64,000 nt of DNA from an uncultured Gemmatimonadales bacterium (GTDB taxonomy: Bacteria > Gemmatimonadota > Gemmatimonadetes > Gemmatimonadales > Gemmatimonadaceae): the NCBI GenBank assembly GCA_963851265.1, contig CAWKNZ010000002.1:1568001-1632000 (forward strand), given 5' to 3'. Shown in pieces: positions 41,696-51,087 of this stretch. The notes beneath the pieces are model-generated. The model worked only from the letters and a program-made list of their open reading frames with translations. It had not been told where the DNA came from and did not search any database. Position 1 is the stretch's first letter, and every line of letters begins with the position of its first letter. Made by a program: the position numbers and the translations under genes.

Positions 41696-43291
41696 TCAGC
41701 CCGGAACGCGGGGGAGTTCCGCGAGCACGGGGTAGGGCGCGCGGTCGACGCCCGCGTCGTCGCGCGGCCACGCGTCGCGCAGCGCGTCGAGCACGTCGGC
41801 GAGCGTAACGCCGCGCACGCCGCCCCGGCGCGCGGTGGCCAGCTCGCCGGCCCGACCGTGGACCCACGCGGCGGCGGCGCCACGCCACGCCGCGGTCTCG
41901 TCCGCCGGCGCGTGAGCGAGCAGGGCGGCCGCGACGCCGCCGAGGACGTCGCCGCTCCCGGCGGTGCCCAGCGCCGGCGTGCCGGTCGCACTCACGAGGG
42001 TCGTCGTGCCGTCGCTCACGACCGTCGGAACGCCCTTGAGCAGGACGGCGGCGCGCGCCGTGCGCGCGGCCTCGCCCGCGATCTCGAACCGCCGCGCCAG
42101 CACGTCGTCGACCGTCGACCCGAGGAGACGCGCGAGTTCGAGGGGGTGCGGGGTGAGCAGCGCCGGACGTCCGGCGAGCAGGGCGCCTAACGCGTCGAGT
42201 CGGCCGGCGTAGTGGTTGAGCGCGTCGGCGTCGACGACCACGGGCCCGCGCCACGCGGAGAGCACGCGTTCGAGCAGCGCGGCCGCCGCCTCCGAACGGC
42301 CGAGTCCGGGACCGAGGAGCACCACGTCGGCCCATTCGAGCACGGCGTGCTCGAGCGTGGCGGCGTCGTCCTGAGCGGGCCACGCCGTCGCCATCGCCGC
42401 GTGGAGGCCGTTCTGCAACACGGGGACGCTCTCGGGCGCGACGACCGCCCGCACCATCCCCGCCCCGCTGCGGAGGGCGGCGTCCGAGGCGAGCACGGCG
42501 GCGCCCGCCATGCCCGCAGCGCCGCCTATCACGGCGACCTTCCCGCGGATGCCCTTGTGCGCTGAGGCCGCGAACGGGCGCGCGGCGCGCGCGCGCACCG
42601 CGTACTCGGCGACGAGCGTCGGCAACGCATCGGCCGGCGGTTGCGAGAGCGCCGCGTCGTCGAGTCCGATGTCGAGAATCGCGATGGCCCCGGCGGCGTC
42701 GCGGTCGACGAGCAGGCCGCGCTTGAGCGTGCCGAACGCGAGCGTCAGGTCGGCGCGGATCGACGCGCCGATCGCCTCGCCGGTGGTCGCGTCGACGCCC
42801 GTCGGCACGTCGAGGGCGACGACGACCGGCGGCGCGTTAGGCGCTGCCGCCTGCGCCGCGGCGAGGTGCCGCACGTACCCCGCCACGTACTCGCGTGCCG
42901 GCGCGCGCGCCCCGGTACCGAGCACCCCGTCGACGATCACGCGCTCGGCGCCGGTCGGCGCGGGCACGTCGCCCGCGTCGCGGGCCCGGTCGAACTCGAA
43001 GCGCGCGTCGTCCGTCACCGGGGCGTCCGCGCCCCATTGCGTCACGCCCACGCGCACGCCATACCGTCGGAGGGCACGCGCCACCACCCACGCGTCGCCG
43101 CCGTTGTTGCCCGGGCCCGCGTGCACGGCGACGCCCGCGTGCAGCAGGCCGGAGTACCGGCGGACGATCTCTGCGGCCGCCGCGGCGCCCGCGCGCTGCA
43201 TGAGCGCGCGCGATGGCACTCCGGCGGCGATCGTCGCCGCGTCGGCGGCCGCGGCCTCCGCCGCCGTCGTGATGCGAACCGTCGGGGTCAC
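41696..43291 (-). CDS. nnr: Bifunctional NAD(P)HX epimerase/dehydratase
   Basis: LMQRAG, GPGNNGGD, DVPTG, HKGIRG, GPGLG, DADAL, LTPHPLE and AGSGDVLGG. Confidence 0.95.
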   Translation of the reverse strand: MTPTVRITTAAEAAAADAATIAAGVPSRALMQRAGAAAAAEIVRRYSGLLHAGVAVHAGPGNNGGDAWVVARALRRYGVRVGVTQWGADAPVTDDARFEFDRARDAGDVPAPTGAERVIVDGVLGTGARAPAREYVAGYVRHLAAAQAAAPNAPPVVVALDVPTGVDATTGEAIGASIRADLTLAFGTLKRGLLVDRDAAGAIAILDIGLDDAALSQPPADALPTLVAEYAVRARAARPFAASAHKGIRGKVAVIGGAAGMAGAAVLASDAALRSGAGMVRAVVAPESVPVLQNGLHAAMATAWPAQDDAATLEHAVLEWADVVLLGPGLGRSEAAAALLERVLSAWRGPVVVDADALNHYAGRLDALGALLAGRPALLTPHPLELARLLGSTVDDVLARRFEIAGEAARTARAAVLLKGVPTVVSDGTTTLVSATGTPALGTAGSGDVLGGVAAALLAHAPADETAAWRGAAAAWVHGRAGELATARRGGVRGVTLADVLDALRDAWPRDDAGVDRAPYPVLAELPRVPG

Positions 43292-43325
43292 GGCGTCGCC
43301 CGCAGGCCAGCCACGCGGGCGACGC

Positions 43326-43526
43326 CTACTTGTTGGACGGACCTACCGAGCGCCCGTAGCCGATCTCGCCGTTGTCGATGCGGATGTTGAACCCGCACTC
43401 CGGGTTGCTACACACCCACGCCTTGTAGGTGATCGGCGCTCCGTCGCGGCCGTAATCGCTGAGCGGAAGCAGGGTTCCCTCGCCGCATTTGTGGCACGGG
43501 GGTAGTTCGGCGGGCATAACGTTCAC
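43326..43526 (-). CDS. Small zinc-ribbon protein (66 aa)
   Basis: CHKC...LPLSDYG...KAWVCSNPECG (CxxC plus CxxxxC). Confidence 0.8.
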   Translation of the reverse strand: MNVMPAELPPCHKCGEGTLLPLSDYGRDGAPITYKAWVCSNPECGFNIRIDNGEIGYGRSVGPSNK

Positions 43527-43544
43527 GCGGCGGGCACGGGTCGT

Positions 43545-43931
43545 TCAGGTGAGCGCAGGGCAGCGCCACGGGTAGTCACGCTCGAACGCAACGTCGAAGT
43601 CGAAGACCCCGGCGAAGTCGTCGCGGGTATCGTTGGGCTGCGCGGCGAGCAACTCGAGGTCGACGAGCGCGAACACCACGTCGCCCACGTCTTCCGTGCG
43701 CCGGATGCCCCAGTACTCGAGCACCTCGCGCGCGAGCACGCCGAAGCGCTCGATCGCCAGGTCGCGCACGGCGCGCGCGAGGTCCGCACCCGAGATGTGC
43801 CGCCGCTCCGATCGGCGCGCCTGCTCGAACTCGAGCGCGGCGAGCACGAACAGGTACCCGCGCTCGTGGAATCGCGGCTCGCGCAGGCGGATCTGGTCCA
43901 TCAGACCCTCGCGGAACGCCAACTCAGGCAA
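43545..43931 (-). CDS. Minf_1886-like protein of unknown function
   Basis: PRFHERGYLFVLAALE, RHISGADL, FGVLAREVLEYWGI and TEDVGDVVFALV; TTG start after GGAG. Confidence 0.75.
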   Translation of the reverse strand: MPELAFREGLMDQIRLREPRFHERGYLFVLAALEFEQARRSERRHISGADLARAVRDLAIERFGVLAREVLEYWGIRRTEDVGDVVFALVDLELLAAQPNDTRDDFAGVFDFDVAFERDYPWRCPALT

Positions 43932-44082
43932 CGTTACAACTCCAGACAGCTACGGGCATGGCGGCAGGGGAAGGCGGCGAACACGGGATGCAATACTGCG
44001 ACGTCGCGGGGCGCCCCGCAACCAGCGAAGCGTACCCCCGCGAGAGCGCCGCGGTCCCCGTCGCGACCGGCGCGGCCGTCGC

Positions 44083-45381
44083 TTACGCCGCGCCGGCGAG
44101 CACGCCGGCGGGCACGGGGTAGAGCGGGAACCGCGCGGCGAGCGCGCGCACCTCGGCGCGCACGGCGTCCGTCACGCCCGTATCGTCGGGCGCGTGGAGC
44201 ACGCGGTCGATCAGCGCCGCGATCTCCTCCATCTCGGACGTGCCCATGCCGCGCGTCGTCACGGCCGGCGTGCCCACCCGGATGCCACTCGTGACGAACG
44301 GCGACTGCGTTTCGCGCGGCACTGTGTTCTTGTTCACCGTGATGCCGGCGCGGTCGAGCGCCTGCTCCGCGGCCTTGCCGGTGAGGCCGCGCGCGCGCAG
44401 GTCGAGCAGCATCAGGTGGTTGTCGGTGCCGCCCGACACGGCGGGCAGGCCGCGCTCCGCGAACGCGGCCGCGAGTGCCTGCGCGTTCGCGACGGTCTGG
44501 CGCGAGTACTCGCGGAACTCGGGGCGCAGCGCCTCGCGGAACGCGACCGCCTTGGCCGCGATCACGTGCTCGAGCGGACCGCCCTGCGTGCCCGGGAACA
44601 TCGCCTTGTCGACCGCCTTCGCGTGCTGCGCCTTGCAGAGAATGAGGCCGCCGCGGGGGCCGCGCAGCGTCTTGTGCGTCGTCGTCGTCACCACGTCCGC
44701 GTGCGGCACGGGCGACGGGTAGACCCCCGCCGCGGCGAGTCCGGCAAAGTGGGCCATGTCGACCATGAACACCGCGCCCACCTCGTCGGCGGCGTCGCGG
44801 AACTGCTGCCAATCGATCACGCGCGAGTACGCGCTGTAGCCCGCGATGATCAACTTCGGCCGGTGCTCGCGCGCCATTTCCCGCATGCGCGCGTAGTCGA
44901 GCAGGCCGTCGTCGGTCACCCCGTACGAGGTGGCCCGGTACAGCAGCCCCGAGAAGTTGACCGGCGACCCGTGCGTGAGGTGCCCGCCGTTCGAGAGGTC
45001 CATCCCGAGGAACGTCTCGCCCGGCTTCAGGAAGGCGAGGAACACCGCGGCGTTGGCCGACGCCCCGGAATGCGGCTGCACGTTGGCGTGGTCGGCCGCG
45101 AACAGCTGCTTGGCGCGGTCGATCGCGAGCTGTTCGACCCGATCGACGACCTCGCAGCCGCCGTAGTACCGCTTCCCGGGCAGCCCCTCAGCGTACTTGT
45201 TGGTCAGCGGGGACCCCATCGCCTCGAGCACCGCCGGCGAGACGAAATTCTCGCTCGCGATGAGCTCGAGGCCGTCGTTCTGGCGCTCGGTCTCTTCCTC
45301 GATCAGGTGCGCGATCTCGGGGTCAGTTTCGGCCAGCGCGGCCCCCGGCGGGCAGCGGTCCCACGCCTTCCATGTCAGCAT
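44083..45381 (-). CDS. glyA: Serine hydroxymethyltransferase
   Basis: [29 protein letters not shown] and [14 protein letters not shown]. Confidence 0.98.
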   Translation of the reverse strand: MLTWKAWDRCPPGAALAETDPEIAHLIEEETERQNDGLELIASENFVSPAVLEAMGSPLTNKYAEGLPGKRYYGGCEVVDRVEQLAIDRAKQLFAADHANVQPHSGASANAAVFLAFLKPGETFLGMDLSNGGHLTHGSPVNFSGLLYRATSYGVTDDGLLDYARMREMAREHRPKLIIAGYSAYSRVIDWQQFRDAADEVGAVFMVDMAHFAGLAAAGVYPSPVPHADVVTTTTHKTLRGPRGGLILCKAQHAKAVDKAMFPGTQGGPLEHVIAAKAVAFREALRPEFREYSRQTVANAQALAAAFAERGLPAVSGGTDNHLMLLDLRARGLTGKAAEQALDRAGITVNKNTVPRETQSPFVTSGIRVGTPAVTTRGMGTSEMEEIAALIDRVLHAPDDTGVTDAVRAEVRALAARFPLYPVPAGVLAGAA

Positions 45382-45433
45382 CGCGAAGCTCCGGTTCTGG
45401 TCGTCCTCGGGGGCGAGCCGGTGAGGCGCGCCG

Positions 45434-46516
45434 TCAGTTCGACTTGTTGGGCCACTGCGGCCACGTCTTCACCATCGAACCGAGCGAGGCGATGCGGCGT
45501 TCCGCGACGCGGTCGGCGGCGCGGTACGTCGGGATCCCGTCCTGCTCGGCGATCTCGAAGACGTTGGCGATCGTATGATAAATCTCGTCGGCCTTCCGGA
45601 GCGCGCGCTCGCGGCTCCAGCCGGCGAGCTCGCTGTACACGTTGATCACGCCGCCGGCGTTCGCAACGTAGTCGGGCGCGTACAGGATGTCCCGGGCCTC
45701 GAGGGCGTCGCCGTGGCGGTCCTCGAGCAGCTGGTTGTTGGCCGCCCCGGCGACCACCGCGCAGCGCAGCAGCGGCAGCGTGTGGTCGTTGATCACGGCG
45801 CCGAGCGCGCACGGCGCGAAGATGTCGACGTCCTGGCCGTAGATCTCCTCGGACGACACCGCGCGAGCGCCCGTGTCCGCCACCACGCGGGCAACCCGCT
45901 CGGCGTCGATGTCGCTCACGATGAGCATCGCGCCGGCGCGGTGAAGCGCGCGCGCGAGGTGGTGCCCCACGTTGCCGCAGCCCTGCACGGCGACCGTCTT
46001 CCCCTCGAGCGAGTCCGACCCCCAGCGCCGGTGCGCCGCGGCCTGGATCGCGCGGAAGACGCCGTGCGCGGTGACCGGCGACGGGTCGCCCGACGCGCCG
46101 GCCAGGCCGGCGACGTAGTCGGTCTCCATGTGCACGAAGTCCATGTCGCCGGTGCTCGTGCCCACGTCCTCGGCCGTCACGTAGCGGCCGCCCAGCGAAT
46201 CGACGAAGCGGCCGTGCGCGCGGAACAGCGACTCGCGCTGCGGCGTGCGGTTGTTCCCGATGATGACGCTCTTACCGCCGCCGAGGTTGAGGCCAGCGAC
46301 CGCGTTCTTGTACGTCATGCCGCGCGCGAGGCGGAGCGCGTCGACGATCGCCTCCTCGTCGCTCGCGTAGTTCCAGAAGCGCGTCCCGCCGAGCGCCGGG
46401 CCGAGCGTCGTGTCGTGAATCGCGATGATCCCGCGGTACCCGCTCGCCGTGTCGTGGCAGACGACGAGCTGCTCGTGCCCCATCTCGGCTATAGTATCGA
46501 ACAGCTTCATACTCAT
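45434..46516 (-). CDS. Leucine/valine/phenylalanine dehydrogenase
   Basis: [42 protein letters not shown] and [11 protein letters not shown]. Confidence 0.95.
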   Translation of the reverse strand: MSMKLFDTIAEMGHEQLVVCHDTASGYRGIIAIHDTTLGPALGGTRFWNYASDEEAIVDALRLARGMTYKNAVAGLNLGGGKSVIIGNNRTPQRESLFRAHGRFVDSLGGRYVTAEDVGTSTGDMDFVHMETDYVAGLAGASGDPSPVTAHGVFRAIQAAAHRRWGSDSLEGKTVAVQGCGNVGHHLARALHRAGAMLIVSDIDAERVARVVADTGARAVSSEEIYGQDVDIFAPCALGAVINDHTLPLLRCAVVAGAANNQLLEDRHGDALEARDILYAPDYVANAGGVINVYSELAGWSRERALRKADEIYHTIANVFEIAEQDGIPTYRAADRVAERRIASLGSMVKTWPQWPNKSN

Positions 46517-46542
46517 CTGGTGTGTCAACTCGTGCGTGCTGG

Positions 46543-47736
46543 TCAGGTATAGAGTTCCCGCGCGATCACCACGCGCTGGATCTCGGAGGTGCCTTCGTAG
46601 ATCTCGGTGACCTTGGCGTCGCGCAGGTAGCGCTCGACCGGGTACTCCTTCACGTAGCCGTAGCCGCCGAAGATCTGCACGGCCTCGTCGGCGACGAACA
46701 TCGCGGTCTCGCTCGCGAGCAGCTTGCACATCGAGCTGTACTGCGTCACCGGCTGCCCGCGGTCCTTGGCCGCGGCCGTCATGTGCAGCAGCGCGCGGCC
46801 CGACGCGATGCGGCTGGCCATGTCGGCGAGCTTGAACTGGATCGCCTGGAAGTTGCGGATCGGCTGGCCGAACTGCTTGCGCTGATCGGCGTAGTCGCGC
46901 GCCGCCGTGAGCGCCGCGCGCGCGATCCCGAGCGCCTGCGCCGCGATGCCGAGTCGCCCGTGGTCGAGCGACTGCATCGCGTAGACGAAGCCCTGCCCCT
47001 CGTCGCCGACGAGGTTTTCCGCCGGCACGCGCAGGTCCTCGAAGACGATCTGCACGGTGGGCGACGCGCGCAGGCCGAGTTTGTTCTCCTTCTTGCCGAC
47101 GTGGAAGCCGGGCAAGTCGGGCGTGACGACGAACGTCGAAATTCCCTTGCTCCCGCGGCGCGCGTCGGGCGTGTCGGTGCGCGCCATCGCGAGCAGCACG
47201 AGGTCGGGGTACGTGCCGTGCGTGATCCACGATTTCGTGCCGTTGAGCACCCAGTGGTCGCCGTCGCGCACCGCCTGCGTGCGGAGGGACGCCGCATCGC
47301 TCCCAGCTTCCGGCTCGGAGAGCGCGAATCCGCCCAGCCGCTCGCCGCGCGCGAGCGGCCCGAGGTAGCGGTCCTTCAACGCGTGGCTCGCGTAGCGCAG
47401 CAGCATCTGCGTGGGGAGCGAGTTGTGCACGCTCATCATCACGGCGGTGCTCGCGTCCGCCGCGGCGATTTCCTCCAGCGCGAGCAGGTAGCTCGACGTG
47501 TCGAGCGCGAGGCCGTCGTACTGCTCCGGCAGCAGCATGCCGAGGAACCCTGCCGCGCCCATGCGCGGCACCAGTGACGGCTCGAAGCGCTGGTCGCGAT
47601 CCCACTCGGCGGCGAACGGCGCGACGTGTTCGGCGGCGAAGTCGCGCGCGAGCTGCTGGATTTCGCGCTGCGTCTCGGTGAGTGGAAGGACGCCGTCGAA
47701 CGAGACGGTCTCGGCCGGGGTCAGGGTCGCGGACAT
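46543..47736 (-). CDS. Acyl-CoA dehydrogenase (short/branched-chain type)
   Basis: [26 protein letters not shown] and [10 protein letters not shown]. Confidence 0.95.
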   Translation of the reverse strand: MSATLTPAETVSFDGVLPLTETQREIQQLARDFAAEHVAPFAAEWDRDQRFEPSLVPRMGAAGFLGMLLPEQYDGLALDTSSYLLALEEIAAADASTAVMMSVHNSLPTQMLLRYASHALKDRYLGPLARGERLGGFALSEPEAGSDAASLRTQAVRDGDHWVLNGTKSWITHGTYPDLVLLAMARTDTPDARRGSKGISTFVVTPDLPGFHVGKKENKLGLRASPTVQIVFEDLRVPAENLVGDEGQGFVYAMQSLDHGRLGIAAQALGIARAALTAARDYADQRKQFGQPIRNFQAIQFKLADMASRIASGRALLHMTAAAKDRGQPVTQYSSMCKLLASETAMFVADEAVQIFGGYGYVKEYPVERYLRDAKVTEIYEGTSEIQRVVIARELYT

Positions 47737-47806
47737 GGTCAGGTGCTCCAGGGTTGCAGCGCGGTAGGCGGCGCGGTAAGCAGCGGTGCGGGCGGCGCGG
47801 GCGCGC

Positions 47807-48667
47807 TCACGCCGCGCGGTAGTCGTAGAAGCCGCGCCCCGACTTGCGCCCGAGCCAGCCGGCGGCGACGTACTTCTTGAGTAGCGGGCACGGGCGGTAC
47901 TTGGGGTCGCCGAGGCCGGCGTGCATCACCTCGAGGATGGAGACGCACGTGTCGAGGCCGATGAAGTCGGCGAGGGTGAGCGGCCCCATCGGATGGTTCA
48001 TCCCGAGCTTCATCACCGTGTCGATCGCCTCGGGGGTGCCCACGCCTTCCATCACGCAATAGACCGCCTCGTTGATCATCGGCAGCAGGATGCGGTTCGC
48101 GACGAAACCGGGGTAGTCGCTGACCTCCACGGGCGTCTTCCCGACGGCGCGCGCGAGGTCGAGGACGCGCGTGGTGGTCGCGTCGCTCGTCGCGAGCCCG
48201 CGGATCACCTCGACGAGCTGCATCACGGGCACGGGATTCATGAAGTGCATCCCGATGACGAGTTCGGGGCGCTTGGTGCGGGCCGCGATCTCGGTGATCG
48301 AGATCGAACTCGTGTTGCTGGCGAGGATGGTCGCGGGCCGGGCGAGCCGGTCGAGGTCCTCGAAAATCTTGAACTTGAGGGCGACGTTCTCCGTGGCCGC
48401 CTCGACGACGAGCGCCGCGTCGGCCACGGCGGCGAGGTCGGTGTGCGTCGCCACGCGGCCGAGCGTCGCGTCGCGCGCCGCGGCGTCGAGCGTGCCCTTC
48501 TTGACCTGACGTTCGAGGTTCTTCGCAATCGTGTCGCGGCCGCGCTCGAGGGCGGCCGCGTTCACGTCGAGCATCGCGACCTGGAACCCGCTCTGCGCGA
48601 ACGCGTGGGCGATCCCGTTGCCCATCTGCCCGGCGCCCACGACGGCGACGGCGCGTACTTCGGTCAT
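47807..48667 (-). CDS. hbd: 3-hydroxybutyryl-CoA dehydrogenase
   Basis: [34 protein letters not shown] and HPMGPL. Confidence 0.95.
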   Translation of the reverse strand: MTEVRAVAVVGAGQMGNGIAHAFAQSGFQVAMLDVNAAALERGRDTIAKNLERQVKKGTLDAAARDATLGRVATHTDLAAVADAALVVEAATENVALKFKIFEDLDRLARPATILASNTSSISITEIAARTKRPELVIGMHFMNPVPVMQLVEVIRGLATSDATTTRVLDLARAVGKTPVEVSDYPGFVANRILLPMINEAVYCVMEGVGTPEAIDTVMKLGMNHPMGPLTLADFIGLDTCVSILEVMHAGLGDPKYRPCPLLKKYVAAGWLGRKSGRGFYDYRAA

Positions 48668-49587
48668 GTCTGCAATGTCCCGCGGCCGCGGCCGCTGATG
48701 AGGGTAGTACGGGCGTCGCGCGGGGCGCGCCACCACAGCAGGGCGAGACCGCCGAACATCCCCGCGACCGCGGCCGCGCCGCCCTCCGGCCCCCACGCGC
48801 CGCCGGTGAGCCAATCCGGGCCGGCGTCGACGACGCGGTAGCCGGGGGTGGCGAACGGCAGTCCGCTCACCGCGGCGTGAAAGCCCGCCGCGAGCGTCCA
48901 GTTCCACGCGAGGTGGGCGGCGAACGCCGCCCACAAACTGCCCGTGACGTAGCGGATCGCGCCCAGGAAAATCCCGGCCAGCGCGACCACCGCGGCCGAC
49001 CCGAGCGTCGCGTGCGGATTCTGGAGGTGGAGCGCGCCGAAGACGAGGCTGGTCAGGACGACCGCGGCGGGCGCGCCGAGCGCTTCGCGGAGCGCGAGCA
49101 GCGGGTACCCGCGGACGAGCAGCTCCTCGAAGAGCGCGGCCGGCGCGAGCGCGACGGCGAGCGAGCCCGCGACCGCCAGCCAGCTTCCTGCGGCGGACGG
49201 CACGGCCCGCAACTCGCGCGTGGCGAGGAGCAGCGCACACGGCACGCCGATGGCCGCGCCACCGAGGAGCGCGCCGAGCGCGAACAGGGCAGGCCGCGCC
49301 TGCGTCGGGCCGAGCCCGACGTCGGCGAACGGCCGGCGCTCGACCGCGCGCAGGACGAGCAGGTGCGCGACGAGGACGGCCGCCAGCTCCAGCCACGACT
49401 CGAGGGACGGACGCACCGTCACCAACCGGGCGATCACGGACGCCACCGGATAGACGAGGCCCTGCGCGATCGCCGCGCCGGCCACGAGCGCGAGCGCGTA
49501 GAGCAGCAAGCGCCACGCGGTGCGCAGCCGGCCGGGCGACGCGTACAGCCAGCGCGCGCCAGCGGGCGCGGCCGGCGGGGGTCGCAT
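48664..49587 (-). CDS. CPBP (CAAX/Abi) intramembrane metalloprotease
   Basis: [13 protein letters not shown] and HLAWN motifs. Confidence 0.9.
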   Translation of the reverse strand: MRPPPAAPAGARWLYASPGRLRTAWRLLLYALALVAGAAIAQGLVYPVASVIARLVTVRPSLESWLELAAVLVAHLLVLRAVERRPFADVGLGPTQARPALFALGALLGGAAIGVPCALLLATRELRAVPSAAGSWLAVAGSLAVALAPAALFEELLVRGYPLLALREALGAPAAVVLTSLVFGALHLQNPHATLGSAAVVALAGIFLGAIRYVTGSLWAAFAAHLAWNWTLAAGFHAAVSGLPFATPGYRVVDAGPDWLTGGAWGPEGGAAAVAGMFGGLALLWWRAPRDARTTLISGRGRGTLQT

Positions 49588-49605
49588 CGCGTTAGGCCGC
49601 GCCGG

Positions 49606-50850
49606 TCACGCGGCCCGCTCGACCGAGAGCGCGACCGCGTCGCCGCCGCCCAGGCAGAGCGTGGCGAGGCCCGTCGCGGCACCGCGGTCGCGCATCGCGT
49701 AGAGCAGCGTGGTGAGCACGCGCGCGCCGCTCGCGCCGAGGGGGTGGCCGAGCGCGATCGCGCCGCCGTTGACGTTGACGCGGTCCCACGCCCAGTCGAG
49801 CCCCTGTCCGGTCGCGAGCGCCTGCGACGCGAATGCCTCGTTGGCCTCGATGAGGTCGTAATCGTCGATCGTCGTGCCCGCCTTCCGCATGAGGTTCTGC
49901 ACCGCCTGGATCGGCGCGAAGAACAGGTCCTGCGGCGCGACGGGTCCGGTGGCGTACGCGGTCACGCGGCCGAGCACGTCGAGGCCGTTCGCGCGCGCGT
50001 AGGCCTCGCTCGTCACGACGAGCGCCGCGGCGCCGTCGTTGAGCGTCGACGCGTTGCCGGCCGTGACCGTGAACTCGTCGGCGATCTCTTCGGCCGACGC
50101 CGTACCGGGCGGCGCGAACGCCGGCTTCAGCTTCGCGAGCGACTCCAGCGTCGTGTCGGCTCGCACGCCCTCGTCGGTGTCGATCGTGGTCGGGCCCTTG
50201 CGACCGGGCACCTGCACGGGCGCGATCTCGTCGCGGAACTTGCCGGCCGCGATGGCGGCGGCGGCCTTTTGCTGCGAACCGTGTGCAAAGGCGTCCTGCT
50301 GCGCGCGCGTGATGCCGGCCTTACGCGCCGTGTACTCGGCGTGGCCGCCCATCGCGACGTCGCAGGTGGCGCACCACAGGCCGTCGAGCTGCACCCCGTC
50401 GGCAAGCCGCTGCTCACCGAACTTGGTGCCGCTCCGCATGCCGAAGTTGTAGTACGGGCCGTTGCTCATCGACTCCTGCCCGCCGGCCACGATCACCTGG
50501 GCGTCGCCCGCGCGAATCGCCTGTGCCGCGAGCATCACCGCGCGCAGGCCCGAGCCGCACACCATGTTGACGGTGAGCGCCGATACGCCGGGGGGCACGC
50601 CGGCCTTGAGCGCCGCCTGGCGTGCGGGCGCCTGCCCCGCCCCGCCCTGCACGACATGGCCGAAGATCACCTCCTCGACGTCCGTGCCGGGAACGCCGGA
50701 GCGGCGGAGTGCCTCGCGGATGGCGACGGCCCCGAGGTCGGCGGCCTTGAGGGAGGCAAGTCCGCCGAGGAACTTGCCGATCGGCGTACGCGCGGCGGCG
50801 ACGATCACCGGCTGGCGCGTGAGATCGGATGAACGGTCGAGATCGGGCAT
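49606..50850 (-). CDS. Acetyl-CoA acetyltransferase (thiolase)
   Basis: [40 protein letters not shown] and LCLGGG. Confidence 0.96.
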   Translation of the reverse strand: MPDLDRSSDLTRQPVIVAAARTPIGKFLGGLASLKAADLGAVAIREALRRSGVPGTDVEEVIFGHVVQGGAGQAPARQAALKAGVPPGVSALTVNMVCGSGLRAVMLAAQAIRAGDAQVIVAGGQESMSNGPYYNFGMRSGTKFGEQRLADGVQLDGLWCATCDVAMGGHAEYTARKAGITRAQQDAFAHGSQQKAAAAIAAGKFRDEIAPVQVPGRKGPTTIDTDEGVRADTTLESLAKLKPAFAPPGTASAEEIADEFTVTAGNASTLNDGAAALVVTSEAYARANGLDVLGRVTAYATGPVAPQDLFFAPIQAVQNLMRKAGTTIDDYDLIEANEAFASQALATGQGLDWAWDRVNVNGGAIALGHPLGASGARVLTTLLYAMRDRGAATGLATLCLGGGDAVALSVERAA

Positions 50851-50931
50851 CGGAACGGGTCCGAGAAGAGTCGAGACGGACAAACGCAAAGGGCTGCACC
50901 ACGCGCCGGGGCGCGCCAGTGCAGCCGACGA

Positions 50932-50960
50932 AACGTACCCGTTTGGCTCGAACGATTCAA
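50932..50960 (-). promoter_or_regulatory. Sigma70-type promoter of the thiolase operon, overlapped by a palindrome
   Basis: TTGAAT (50960-50955), 17-nt spacer, TACGTT (50937-50932); AAACG-TACC-CGTTT palindrome at 50931-50944. Confidence 0.55.
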
Positions 50961-51087
50961 CGCACCCGAACCGGTTCGCATCGGTTCGGTGCGCCGTACG
51001 GATCCGGCGCAACGCGCCCGCTCCGGAGTTGGAGCGGCCGCGTTTCCGCGTTATGTCGACCGTCACATCTCGCGCGACACCGATCCT

